This document shows positions 45,000 through 54,386 of a DNA stretch of 64,000 nucleotides, in pieces. The stretch is from contig JAHDYR010000003.1 of the NCBI GenBank assembly GCA_019828565.1, positions 619,409 to 683,408 of the forward strand. Direction: 5' to 3'. Numbering within the stretch: the stretch's first letter is position 1; each line of letters opens with the position of its first letter. The stretch is from Carpediemonas membranifera BICM. Lineage: Eukaryota > Protista > Fornicata. The notes beneath the pieces are model-generated. The model had not been told where the DNA came from. It saw only the letters and a program-made list of their open reading frames with translations, and searched no databases. The translations under genes and the position numbers were made by a program.

Positions 45000-45188
45000 T
45001 GTTGTCGACCCTTAAAGTGCACTAAGAAAGTCTGGCTCAGTCGGCCCAGGAATGCCTTCAATGGACGTCTGCCTGTTAAAGATCGCCTCAACAACGACTG
45101 GCGCGTGTTTGGCGACATTTATATCGTTTACATCAGGAGAATGTATCATTCCTCGCCAACATAACCACTTAGCTCGTCTAGCGCAATT

Positions 45189-47444
45189 ATGCTTCGTAGG
45201 CGCCTTCAGACAGCCGAAGGACAAGACTTAGATGCCTTAGTCCAGGATTATGATAAGAAGCGGCAGTTTGCCGAGCTTCAACTCGAGGTTGCGCTCAAAG
45301 GACAGGCTGTGGATGCTGAGAAGGCTGCTGAGCTCCTAGATGAGACCCGCCAGCTATTTGTACAACTTAACTCTGCGATCGCTGGGATCTTCTCGAAAGC
45401 CACTGTCACATCCGGCCTCTTCCCCGACGACGATGCTGTGGCCCGCATGGAGGGCTTCGCGACAGACCGGACGCGCATCACACAGACCATGTCCGACTTC
45501 GACGCCATTCTGGCCATCCCCATCGAGGTTAGCAGCCTTCAGGAGGTCCTTGAGGCGAAGGCATGGCTGGAAGACCCCGAGCTCATGATACGAACCTACC
45601 GCCGCGTCGCTCGCCTGTACAAGCGGAAGGCTGAGCTGATGAAGCAGAGCAAGCAGTACCCCGAGGAGAAAGAGACGCTGCAGCTCTACGACAAGCAGGT
45701 CGACACGCTCAATAAGGCGTTCTGGGAGCAGCTATGGCAGACCTGGCGCGAGGAGTTCATCGCACTGGCCAAGACAAAGCCCCAGATGTTTGACGCGATC
45801 ATCCAGGTCGTGGAGGAGCAGGACGTCGACTACGGCGTTCCGGGTAAGTGGCGCCGCAAGCTCAGCGAGGAGGTCATCTTCTCCATTCAGTACACACAGC
45901 GTCTCGTGGCCAAGAAGCACATCCCGACCGGAGTGAACGTGCTTCAGTACACCCTCGAGCATCTGGACGATCTCGTCGACCGAGTCTTCGACGTCCAGGA
46001 CTACGTCGTGCCCCGCATGCCGCCCAGCTACGACTTCGGGGACATGTACCTCACCATCGTCCACTCGATCATCAAGACCATCTTGGCCCAGATGGAGATG
46101 CCGTCCCCGACGGAGCTGCCCGCCGTGTTCCTCTGGATCTCCGAGTACGAGGCTCGGATCATGTTGACGGGCAAGGTGGCCCTGCTCCGCAAGCTGTTCG
46201 TGAACTCGAACCTGTCCGACTCGCTCTCAACCCATATCCACCAGTACGTCGACAAGATCGCGGAGAGACTCAAGAACGCAGTATACATCGCCGTGAACTC
46301 CATCGAGGACACTCCACCAATCGCAGACGCAGATGACCGCCTCCTCCTGGCCGACGGCCTTGCGGTGTTCAAGATAGTCCGCGACGTCGTCCTCGGCGTG
46401 TACGGGACGAAGAATTCAGAGCTCGTCGGCAGGTTCATCAAGATCGTGCGGGAGCAGTACAGCAAGCTCGCTATGGCCCTCAAGAGCACCACTCGGAACG
46501 CCGGCGGGAAGAAGACACCCGAAGCAAAGCTCAGGATACTCTCCGCCATCGCCAACACCGCCCTCGAGGGCCACGCCTCCGTGCTCGACCTGCAGGAGCA
46601 CACGGCGGCCACTCTGGGCGATGCGGGAGATGATGTCGTCAAATCCCTGGAGCAGTGCGGCTTCTACGACACGGCCATCGTCGCCATCGAGACGTTGGCC
46701 GACTTGCTCATCGACCAGAGCCGGGGTGCGATAGGGCATCTGTACACGGTCCAGTGGATGGCCGCGGCGAGGGACGGGTGGCCCGACCCGAGTCCCGAGG
46801 TCTGTGAGATCCTGGGGTCCATGGCGGACCTCGTGGAGCAGATCGTGGCCGTGCTGAAGCCCCAGGCGATGCGGAACATCCGCAGGCTGGCGTTAGAGCG
46901 GCTGGCGGTGAAGATGCTGCAGCCGTTCTTCAAGGACACCAAGCTGAACGTGTGCGAGGCCTTTGCATCTCAGTTCAGGACAGACATCGACGCGGTGAAA
47001 GCGGCGTTCAGTGAGGACCCGCTCAAGGTCTCTAGCCGGGTGATCGAGCGGGTGCACACGTCGATGGACAACCTGATCACCCTCCTCCGCAACGACGACG
47101 ACACCATGTTGGCGCTGAGTGTTATGAACCTCTTCCAGGTGGTCCCCGATATCACAAGGCCCATGCTCAAGGCAGTCATGGTGCACCACCCCAAGAGCGG
47201 CGCTTTCGGTCTTGTGGACAAGCATAAGAACGTCACATATCCTGCAGATCCGAAGGAGGAGACCTCGCACCCCTTCTGTGTGGCCTTCTATAAGGAACGC
47301 CGCAAGAAGATCGTCGAGGAAATGGCCGCGCCCGAGCTCGAGATCGCCCCCGCCGTCAAGACACAGCCGAGTACCCCGAAGCAGCAGGTGGAGATAGAGC
47401 TGCCGGACGAGGTGGAGACAATGGACTTCGACGACATGTTCTGA
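45189..47444 (+). CDS. Exocyst component Sec6/EXOC3-like
   Basis: All-helical 751 aa. N-terminal 'ELQLEVALKGQ', 'IIQVVEEQD' and 'VQDYVVPRMPPSYDF' resemble Sec6. Confidence 0.6.
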   Translation: MLRRRLQTAEGQDLDALVQDYDKKRQFAELQLEVALKGQAVDAEKAAELLDETRQLFVQLNSAIAGIFSKATVTSGLFPDDDAVARMEGFATDRTRITQTMSDFDAILAIPIEVSSLQEVLEAKAWLEDPELMIRTYRRVARLYKRKAELMKQSKQYPEEKETLQLYDKQVDTLNKAFWEQLWQTWREEFIALAKTKPQMFDAIIQVVEEQDVDYGVPGKWRRKLSEEVIFSIQYTQRLVAKKHIPTGVNVLQYTLEHLDDLVDRVFDVQDYVVPRMPPSYDFGDMYLTIVHSIIKTILAQMEMPSPTELPAVFLWISEYEARIMLTGKVALLRKLFVNSNLSDSLSTHIHQYVDKIAERLKNAVYIAVNSIEDTPPIADADDRLLLADGLAVFKIVRDVVLGVYGTKNSELVGRFIKIVREQYSKLAMALKSTTRNAGGKKTPEAKLRILSAIANTALEGHASVLDLQEHTAATLGDAGDDVVKSLEQCGFYDTAIVAIETLADLLIDQSRGAIGHLYTVQWMAAARDGWPDPSPEVCEILGSMADLVEQIVAVLKPQAMRNIRRLALERLAVKMLQPFFKDTKLNVCEAFASQFRTDIDAVKAAFSEDPLKVSSRVIERVHTSMDNLITLLRNDDDTMLALSVMNLFQVVPDITRPMLKAVMVHHPKSGAFGLVDKHKNVTYPADPKEETSHPFCVAFYKERRKKIVEEMAAPELEIAPAVKTQPSTPKQQVEIELPDEVETMDFDDMF

Positions 47445-47686
47445 GGGTGTAGATGCCATGATAAACGATGTAGTACTCTTTCTGGGCCGGCGGGGAGGTG
47501 ACTCCAGCCAATCGGGCTGAACTTCTCAAGAAAGCAGGCACATCCACATACGGAGTTTAGGGATTGCTATGTCTGCATCATGGCCGCCTGCGCGGTGTCT
47601 GGCCCGAGCAGTTTATGACAGCGTCCTTGTGGTATTTAGAGGTTTATGTGGAGGATTCATGTAAAGGTGACTTAAGCTGTCTTTTA

Positions 47687-47716
47687 GACTCAACAATTCT
47701 AATCCTGCGCAGCACA
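47687..47716 (+). repeat. 30-bp direct repeat (upstream of Fanzor, copy 2), preceded by TTTTA
   Basis: Exact match to 49345-49374. Confidence 0.95.
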
Positions 47717-47864
47717 CTACCTCCACTCACCCACTTCAGCCCTCGTCTGTACCATCGGGCTTTCGTGCTTTCAGTCGTCGGTCTGCACGAAAAGATGCGT
47801 CGTCCATCGTCTGTGTCGAACGCTGCTGTCTTCTTTCGCGTCTGTGCTCGTATGTTACGCGCTC

Positions 47865-49244
47865 GACACCCTAGGCGAGCTCGACACTGAGGTTGCCGCC
47901 ATAGCCGCCGATCATGGCATGCATCATCGTCAAATGCATGCATCGCCCGAGGGGCAACGGGTGGGTCGCACTGGTACCGTGGCCGAGGCTCTCGTCGGCG
48001 TGCTGTCGTGCGTCACGCGCATGAGTGCTGCAGTGACCAAGCTGGTCACACTCACTCGTGCCGTGAACCTCGAGCTCAGTCAGGCCCTGCCAGAGCCGAA
48101 GCTCGTCCCGTTCGTGCCGATGGCACCGGTCAGGCCTGGGTTCATGACCATCGAGCGCGGAGTAACAGCGCTCACCCCAGCGATGAAGCGGCGCCTGCGT
48201 GTGCACGTGAATTGGTCAGCAACCAAGAATTTGACCGACGAGCAGGTTGATAGATACGAGCGTGATCACGGCGACATCACCAAGCTCCGCAGAGTGCTCT
48301 CAGTGAAGACTGACGGGGTCTCTGCTGCTGTGACGGTTTGGGTGGGTCGCGAGAAATACCGTGGCGGTCGGGTGGCTGACCGGCCCACGTACAAAAAGGG
48401 TAGCAGCAACAAGCGGGCTCGGCTCGGTCAGGATGACGCCGAGGCTACTCCTGCCCCGGACATTCAAGCTCTCATGGGCTTCGACCTTGGTGCTCGGTCG
48501 CTGGGCGGCTACACGATCCGCCGCCCAGACGGGCAGAGTGTATCTGGCGTACTCGCTAAGTGTGGCTACACTGCCACCCCCACTTTCCGCGTGAATATGA
48601 GCGTAGCATCGTTCAAAACGACAAGTCTAGAGGCTCTCAAACAGTCGATTAGGTTTGTCCATGAGAACATCGTTCAGATCATCAACGAGGGGACTAGAAA
48701 GTGTTTCTGCCGTGCGACTTTTGCCAATCACTGTCTGCGCCTGAAGCACTTCGCCCGGGCTGGACGTCAACTCCTGGATGATCTCGGCGGGCGCCCCCCG
48801 GAGCCCATTCACCTCGAAGTCGCGTATGGGGCTGCACTGTTCGGTTCCGCCGGCACTCCCTCCTGTGCTCCGTACCGCCACTTTGCTCGAGCTCTTCCTG
48901 GCATCATGCTCCGGCACAACGTCGTCGTGAGTGTCACGATGGTCTCGGAATTCCGCACTTCCATCGTGTGGCCATACTGCAAAGCACACTTCCGACGTGT
49001 GGTGCACACACACCGCACCATGCTCTGCCAGAATCCCGCGTGCGAGGGAGCTCCATGGCGCGTTGAACGGCTACGTCGGCATCCCGAGCAGAGAGACATA
49101 CTTCTCAATCTCTCTCACCGAGATAAGAGCGCCAGCGAGAACATCCTTTGGTGCACCTTCGATGCAACTTCAGATCAGATAGAGCAATCTCCTTTCCACT
49201 ACGACTCCCAGAGAGGTGCTTCCTCGCTATCATTAACTTGCTAA
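47865..49244 (+). pseudogene. Fanzor1 nuclease, N-terminally truncated, with an open C-terminal 459 codons
   Basis: SVKTDGVS; RuvC-I MGFDLG; EVAYGAALF; RuvC-II VSEFRTS; zinc-finger-like WPYC..CQNPAC; RuvC-III HRDKSASENI. Confidence 0.88.
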
Positions 49245-49374
49245 GTTGAGCAAACACGCGCTGCAGCGCGCGTGATATGCTGCGCACGATTGATAGAGTA
49301 TGATGAACCACACTGCGATCCTGATGCTGCTTGGATCACTGTGTGACTCAACAATTCTAATCCTGCGCAGCACA
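49245..49374 (+). ncRNA. Putative Fanzor omegaRNA scaffold, copy 2
   Basis: Stems 49255-61/49268-74; 49278-91/49359-72; 49309-13/49341-45 with 49317-21/49333-37. Possible pseudoknot 49245-50/49347-52. Confidence 0.5.
49345..49374 (+). repeat. 30-bp direct repeat (downstream of Fanzor, 8 nt before the eIF2B-delta ATG)
   Basis: Exact match to 47687-47716. Confidence 0.95.
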
Positions 49375-49382
49375 GTCCTTCG

Positions 49383-50477
49383 ATGCCAGCCATGTTCAAG
49401 CATCTACACGAGCTGGACCCGCAGAAGTCCAGCTCCGCGGTCATGTCCTGCGAGGAGGGGAGCGCATCCGCGGCCCGCTTCTCGATCAGAGACGTCAACG
49501 ACGTGTACAGCGAGTGCACTGACCGGATCACGGCGTTCCTGCAGACCTATGCGGAGATGATCGGTTCGATCAAGAAGCTGCACACAGACACGCTTAATGC
49601 CAGCCCATGGCATCGCCTGGCCAGCCTCAGGCTCGACGCGCTCATGAGCAACGCGGAACTGGGCCGCTCGCTGCCCATCCCCGTCGACAACATCGTGGAC
49701 CTCCTCAAGCAGGAGATCAGCGACATCGAGGCCCAGATGCGCAAGGACGACACCGTCACGAAGGAGTGCGGCTGCGACAAGCTGCTCGAATTCATCGACA
49801 CGCTCCAGTCGAAGCGCGTCACCATCGCGGGCCAGTTCATCGGCGAGCGCATCGTCAGCCTCGTCAACGACGGCAACCGCGTGCTGACGTACGGATACAA
49901 CAGCGTCATCGCGCGCGGCCTGATCGGCGCCCGCCAGGAGGAGGGCAAGGACTTCGAGGTCACCGTCATCGACGCGCCGCCTCGCTACACCGGCCGCCGC
50001 ATGCTCCATAGCCTGCAGAGCGCGGGTATCCCATGCTCGTACTGCCTCATCGGGGCGGCCTCGCGCGTCGTCAAGGAGGCCGACACCATCCTGCTCGGCG
50101 CGCACGCGTACATGGCGAACGGCGCGATGGTCGGGCCGGTTGGCACCGCGATGGTCGCTGCGATCGCGAACGACCGCCACAAGCCGATCCTCGCTGTGTG
50201 CGAGACGATCAAGTTCTGCAACCAGGTGCAGATCGACTCGGTCGCCCACAACGAGCTCTACCCCGCCGGCCAGATGGTCAGCCCCGCCTCGCCGCTCCAT
50301 GGCGTCGAGAACGGCCCCAAGGTGCTCAACATCGCGTACGACGTCACCAGCGCGGACGACATCGCGGGCGTCATCACGGAGCTCGGGCTGTTCGCCCCGA
50401 GCGCAGTGCCCGCGGTGATGCGCGAGTACAGCAAGGACAGCCGGGACATCGTCGAGGAGCGCATCGTGTCCGAGTGA
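49383..50477 (+). CDS. EIF2B4: Translation initiation factor eIF2B subunit delta, copy 2
   Basis: Same 364 aa as copy 1 apart from one V/A change (MVAVIAND vs MVAAIAND). Confidence 0.85.
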   Translation: MPAMFKHLHELDPQKSSSAVMSCEEGSASAARFSIRDVNDVYSECTDRITAFLQTYAEMIGSIKKLHTDTLNASPWHRLASLRLDALMSNAELGRSLPIPVDNIVDLLKQEISDIEAQMRKDDTVTKECGCDKLLEFIDTLQSKRVTIAGQFIGERIVSLVNDGNRVLTYGYNSVIARGLIGARQEEGKDFEVTVIDAPPRYTGRRMLHSLQSAGIPCSYCLIGAASRVVKEADTILLGAHAYMANGAMVGPVGTAMVAAIANDRHKPILAVCETIKFCNQVQIDSVAHNELYPAGQMVSPASPLHGVENGPKVLNIAYDVTSADDIAGVITELGLFAPSAVPAVMREYSKDSRDIVEERIVSE

Positions 50478-50743
50478 GCCGTCGCGCCAGGTTTATAAAT
50501 GTGCTTGCCGGAATCGATGCCTCTGTCAGTTGGAGCAGAAGAAACAACCTGGTTCGCGGCGTTGTCGACTGTGCGACCACGACGACCGCGGCCCCTTTCA
50601 CAACCAGTCTTGTCCCGTTGTATTGGCGCTCTCGACTTGCCTGATTGCGGTGTAAACGAATTACATGGCCGCCGTAAATTGCATAAATGGAGTGAGCAGT
50701 GAAAGGCGCGTTCCTTGGATCCGAACCTACAGCTCAATACGCC

Positions 50744-51115
50744 ATGAAATTCTTCTGTCCTATTGGTACGCTCTCTATTACGCCATATCACACAGAAAAC
50801 TGTCCATATACTCAGAGCGAGCTTTCCCATCTTGCGACCCACATGGCCAACTGCCATCCCGACTTCCCTGTCAACTATCTCGATAACCTAGTGTACCACC
50901 AGCAAACTGCGAGGCCCAGGCACCGCAAGGGCGGGCAACCCGAGCCGCCTCTCAACTACCAGCGCATTGTCGACGTAACAAGAGTGAATGTGGAGGAGCA
51001 GACGTTAGACCTCAAGGCACAGTCCATCGTTGACCTACGGGACCTCTTCTCAACGCCAGCAGCTCCTGTGATCCCCGTTGAAATCCCAGTGAAAGCCGAG
51101 CAAGGGACAGTCTGA
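50744..51115 (+). CDS. Small hypothetical protein with a possible C2H2-like motif
   Basis: MKFFCP..CPYTQSELSHLATHMANCH; TTAAA after the stop. Confidence 0.35.
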   Translation: MKFFCPIGTLSITPYHTENCPYTQSELSHLATHMANCHPDFPVNYLDNLVYHQQTARPRHRKGGQPEPPLNYQRIVDVTRVNVEEQTLDLKAQSIVDLRDLFSTPAAPVIPVEIPVKAEQGTV

Positions 51116-51279
51116 GTCTACTCGGCTGGGGCAAGTTAATTAAAGCACGCCAGGCGCTGATATGGTGTAGTGCACGCATGTAGATGGGACACGAGTTGCA
51201 CGATGAGCGCTAACCCTTTGGTGACAGTCTCATGCTGTTTCGCATTTTATCATGCAGACGACATCAAGACCTCAAGAAG

Positions 51280-51519
51280 ATGGGGATGCCTATTGAGTCC
51301 GAGATTCGCAATATCATAGTTATGGCCGTAGGGAGTTTGATCTTTGCCCTTATTGGCTCCGTCGGATGCTTCTGCTGGGGAAAGAACGGCGTCGTTTACC
51401 GCACAATCATCATTGGCGGCGCTTTCTGCATCTGGCTGCTGTGGATCTGCACTTTTATGGCTCAAATGAACCCCCAACTCCTTCCAGCACGCCCCGAGTA
51501 TTGGCTGGACCAGCACTAG
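51280..51519 (+). CDS. ATP6V0E: V-type ATPase V0 subunit e
   Basis: Two TM helices and CIWLLWICTFMAQMNP.LLP, the subunit e signature. Confidence 0.85.
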   Translation: MGMPIESEIRNIIVMAVGSLIFALIGSVGCFCWGKNGVVYRTIIIGGAFCIWLLWICTFMAQMNPQLLPARPEYWLDQH

Positions 51520-51665
51520 GGCATTTTGTCGAGAGCATCTCTTTGTTTAAACAACGCAACGTGTGGTGAATACGGCTGCTGCGTGGGCGAGAACCGATGT
51601 TTGTTGCTTGGCTGAGTCGATATTGCCATTCCGCACTTTAAGCGGCAAGCCAGAGCGCGGAGCAA

Positions 51666-54386
51666 ATGGACATCAAAGAACTGATTAGCCCGCTGGCATC
51701 GTTCAACGATGAGACCCGCACATCTGCTGCTGCTAAACTAGCGGAGTATCTTCGTGAGCACCCGGATACAGACTTTTCTGTCCTTGAACAGGAATACAAT
51801 GCTCTGTACGCTCTTTCCGCCACGAAGAAGAAATCTAGTGAAGCTAGGAACATTCTTATTGGCCAGATGCTGCTCTATGGTGCTGTTTTGCGCAGTAGCA
51901 TTCTCACTGAGAAGAGGCTCGATTCCTTTGTCTCCTCTGTCCTCGCGCTTGCCTCCGAGAAGTCCTACCTCGAGCTCCCCTGCTTCTCAATTCTCGTGAG
52001 CCTGGGCACTGCTGTGCCCGCAGCCCTCGAGGTGCTTGAGGCCCACCTCCCCCACCTCGCCGTGCCCCTCGAGACCAGCGTCCCCGACAAGGCCAACAAG
52101 CTGTTCATCCTTCTCGAGCTCGGCCGCCATGGCGTCATCGCCCTCCCAGCCATCACCCCCGCCCTGCTGACGGCCATGCGCCCCGCCCTGGCCGACTCGA
52201 CCCAGACCCTGCCTACCGTCCACGGCGTGTGGGGCAGCGTCCTCGCCCTCATCACCAAGGACGGCATGGTCGACTCTGAATGCCTGGTCGAGCTCGTGGC
52301 GTTCCTCAGGGAGCAGTCCCAGCAGGAGTCGCACGACAGGAAGCTCCTCGCCCTTCTTGTGACGCAGTTCCTCGCCGACACCGTGCTCTCGCCTAGCACT
52401 GTTGATGCCATCGTAGACCCCGCCCTGCTCGCCACCCTTGCGCCCTCCCTCACCCGGAAGAACCACATCCTCGGCGGCCGTGCGAAGGCCTCGATCATTG
52501 CCATCGGATCCGCCATCGCCACGAAGCCCGCCGTGTTCGAGCAGTGCATCAGCCGCCTCCGCGCCACCGAGCCTGCCGTGCGTCATGCCCTCGTTACGGC
52601 CATCATATCCGGACTCGACGCGGCCACCCGCGCCGTGATGCTTGACGCCCTCATCGCCAACATCGTCGCCATCGTGGCCGACGACGGCGACTTCTTCGAG
52701 GTCCGCGAGGCTGTCGATCTGATCGCCCTCCTCGCCAAGACCCGGCCCGAGGAGGCCGACCTGCCCTGGGTTACCAAGGCCGTCTGCCTCCTCACCGCCG
52801 GGGCCACGCTCAGCCCGGCCGCCGACATTGCGGACGTGCCCCTCTCCGGCATCCCCGGCGTGCCCCCTGACACCACGGTCCCCCTATTCGTGACCTCAGC
52901 CCTCGGCAGGATGACTTGCCATGACCGACTGTGCGCCCTGCTCGGCCAGCTCTACGCCATGGGCATGACCACCGTCTTCACGCTCGCCGCCGAGATCCAG
53001 GGGACCTTCGCCACCAGCACCCCCAAGGGCTTCAGGTACGCGGCCGCCCGTGACCTTTCTCTCCGTGGCGCCCTGGAGGACGTCCACGCCGTCGACCGGA
53101 CCACCATCGACCCAGCCATGGCCGTCCTGCTGGATCACGGCGTCGTACTCAGCGCCCAGAACCCTGACCTGGCAAGAACCCTGTCGGACATCGCCATGGT
53201 CGCCAAGAACCCCGCGGAGACTGCTGTCCTCGGGGCCGACGCCGTGTTGTACACGCTGAGCGACCACCGCAGCAGTCCGCTCGTGATCAAGGCTGCCTGG
53301 GCCGTCCTGGCGCAGCACTTCCAGGAGGACGCAGTGAACGTCGTCACTGGCGCCATCGCCCCCGCCGACAACGACGACAACGACGCGTCCTCAGACTCCG
53401 ATTCCGATTCCGACGATGAGGACATGTTGACTGAATCTGACCTCGACATCGACATGGCCGACATCGACGCCCTCGACCTCGAGAACGCAGAGGTGCTCGA
53501 GTCCGGCGACGAGGACGGCGAGATCGACGAGGGCATGGCCGACGTTGACGAGGCGGACTTCGCCAGCGCGGCAGCCCTCCAGGACCAGATGGGCATGGTC
53601 TTCCGTCGCCAGGAGGACAAGGCCCAGCTCGCCGCCCGCAAGGCCGCGTTCAGGACCAGGGTAGCTGACCTGCTCGAGGAGACCATCGTCAAGGCGCCCA
53701 CGGCCGTCACGGTCGCCAGCACGCCCAGGTTTATCGAGGCTGCCGTCACCATGGTCGAGGAGGCCCACAACACCGCCAGGGCCGGAGCCATCATGGCCAA
53801 GCTCGGTGGCCGGGCGAAGAACGCCCCAGCAGACGTGGCCGCGGCCATCATCGCGGACGTCGCCCAGGCCGTCGTCACCGCTCCCGAGCCGGTCAAGGGC
53901 AAGGCACTCGAGCTCCTCGGGAGCCTACTCGTCGTGTGCGGCGAGACGTCCGAGGAGGCCACCGCCTCCCTCGAGGTCGTCCTCACGCACTTCATCTCCG
54001 AGCGGACGAGCGGTATCCCCGCTGCCAAGCTCCGCAAGGCCGTCCCCCAGGCGATGTGCCCCCTCGCGGCCACCGTGCTGGGCTCAAACATGCCCGGGCC
54101 TTCTCAGTACGTCACCGCTGAGGCCTGCGCCGTTCTTTCTGCCATGCTGCCTCAGTACAAGACGGACGTACGGGCCATCCAGACAGTCGTCGCCGGTGTC
54201 CTTCGCGCCGCACCCAGCGTCACTGCGGCAAAGAGGGCGAAGGTCGTGGACAAGCTGGCCGAGGCGCTCAAGGGACCCGTCGGGGCCATGGGCGTCGACC
54301 CCGGGGAGGTCATGCAGGCGGCGTGCGTCAGCACAGGCAGCAAGGCCGTGCTCGAGCTGTGCGAGGTGGTGGATGCCTGCAAGTGA
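51666..54386 (+). CDS. Pol5/MYBBP1A-like (DNA polymerase phi family) nucleolar ARM-repeat protein
   Basis: N-terminus LASFNDETRTSAAAKL; KSYLE; SHDRKLLA; acidic tract followed by LQDQMGMVF..FRTRVADLLE. Confidence 0.6.
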   Translation: MDIKELISPLASFNDETRTSAAAKLAEYLREHPDTDFSVLEQEYNALYALSATKKKSSEARNILIGQMLLYGAVLRSSILTEKRLDSFVSSVLALASEKSYLELPCFSILVSLGTAVPAALEVLEAHLPHLAVPLETSVPDKANKLFILLELGRHGVIALPAITPALLTAMRPALADSTQTLPTVHGVWGSVLALITKDGMVDSECLVELVAFLREQSQQESHDRKLLALLVTQFLADTVLSPSTVDAIVDPALLATLAPSLTRKNHILGGRAKASIIAIGSAIATKPAVFEQCISRLRATEPAVRHALVTAIISGLDAATRAVMLDALIANIVAIVADDGDFFEVREAVDLIALLAKTRPEEADLPWVTKAVCLLTAGATLSPAADIADVPLSGIPGVPPDTTVPLFVTSALGRMTCHDRLCALLGQLYAMGMTTVFTLAAEIQGTFATSTPKGFRYAAARDLSLRGALEDVHAVDRTTIDPAMAVLLDHGVVLSAQNPDLARTLSDIAMVAKNPAETAVLGADAVLYTLSDHRSSPLVIKAAWAVLAQHFQEDAVNVVTGAIAPADNDDNDASSDSDSDSDDEDMLTESDLDIDMADIDALDLENAEVLESGDEDGEIDEGMADVDEADFASAAALQDQMGMVFRRQEDKAQLAARKAAFRTRVADLLEETIVKAPTAVTVASTPRFIEAAVTMVEEAHNTARAGAIMAKLGGRAKNAPADVAAAIIADVAQAVVTAPEPVKGKALELLGSLLVVCGETSEEATASLEVVLTHFISERTSGIPAAKLRKAVPQAMCPLAATVLGSNMPGPSQYVTAEACAVLSAMLPQYKTDVRAIQTVVAGVLRAAPSVTAAKRAKVVDKLAEALKGPVGAMGVDPGEVMQAACVSTGSKAVLELCEVVDACK

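Larger units (their letters stand above)
47564..50501 (+). mobile_element. Fanzor + omegaRNA-like + eIF2B-delta cassette, copy 2 (737-nt internal deletion)
   Basis: Inverted near-identical copy of 27160-30818; lacks the segment equivalent to 29781-30517. Confidence 0.8.

Noticed and set aside
47555-47563. Telomere-like TTTAGGG next to copy 2 (also near 61842)
   Set aside because: Single units only, compatible with chance.
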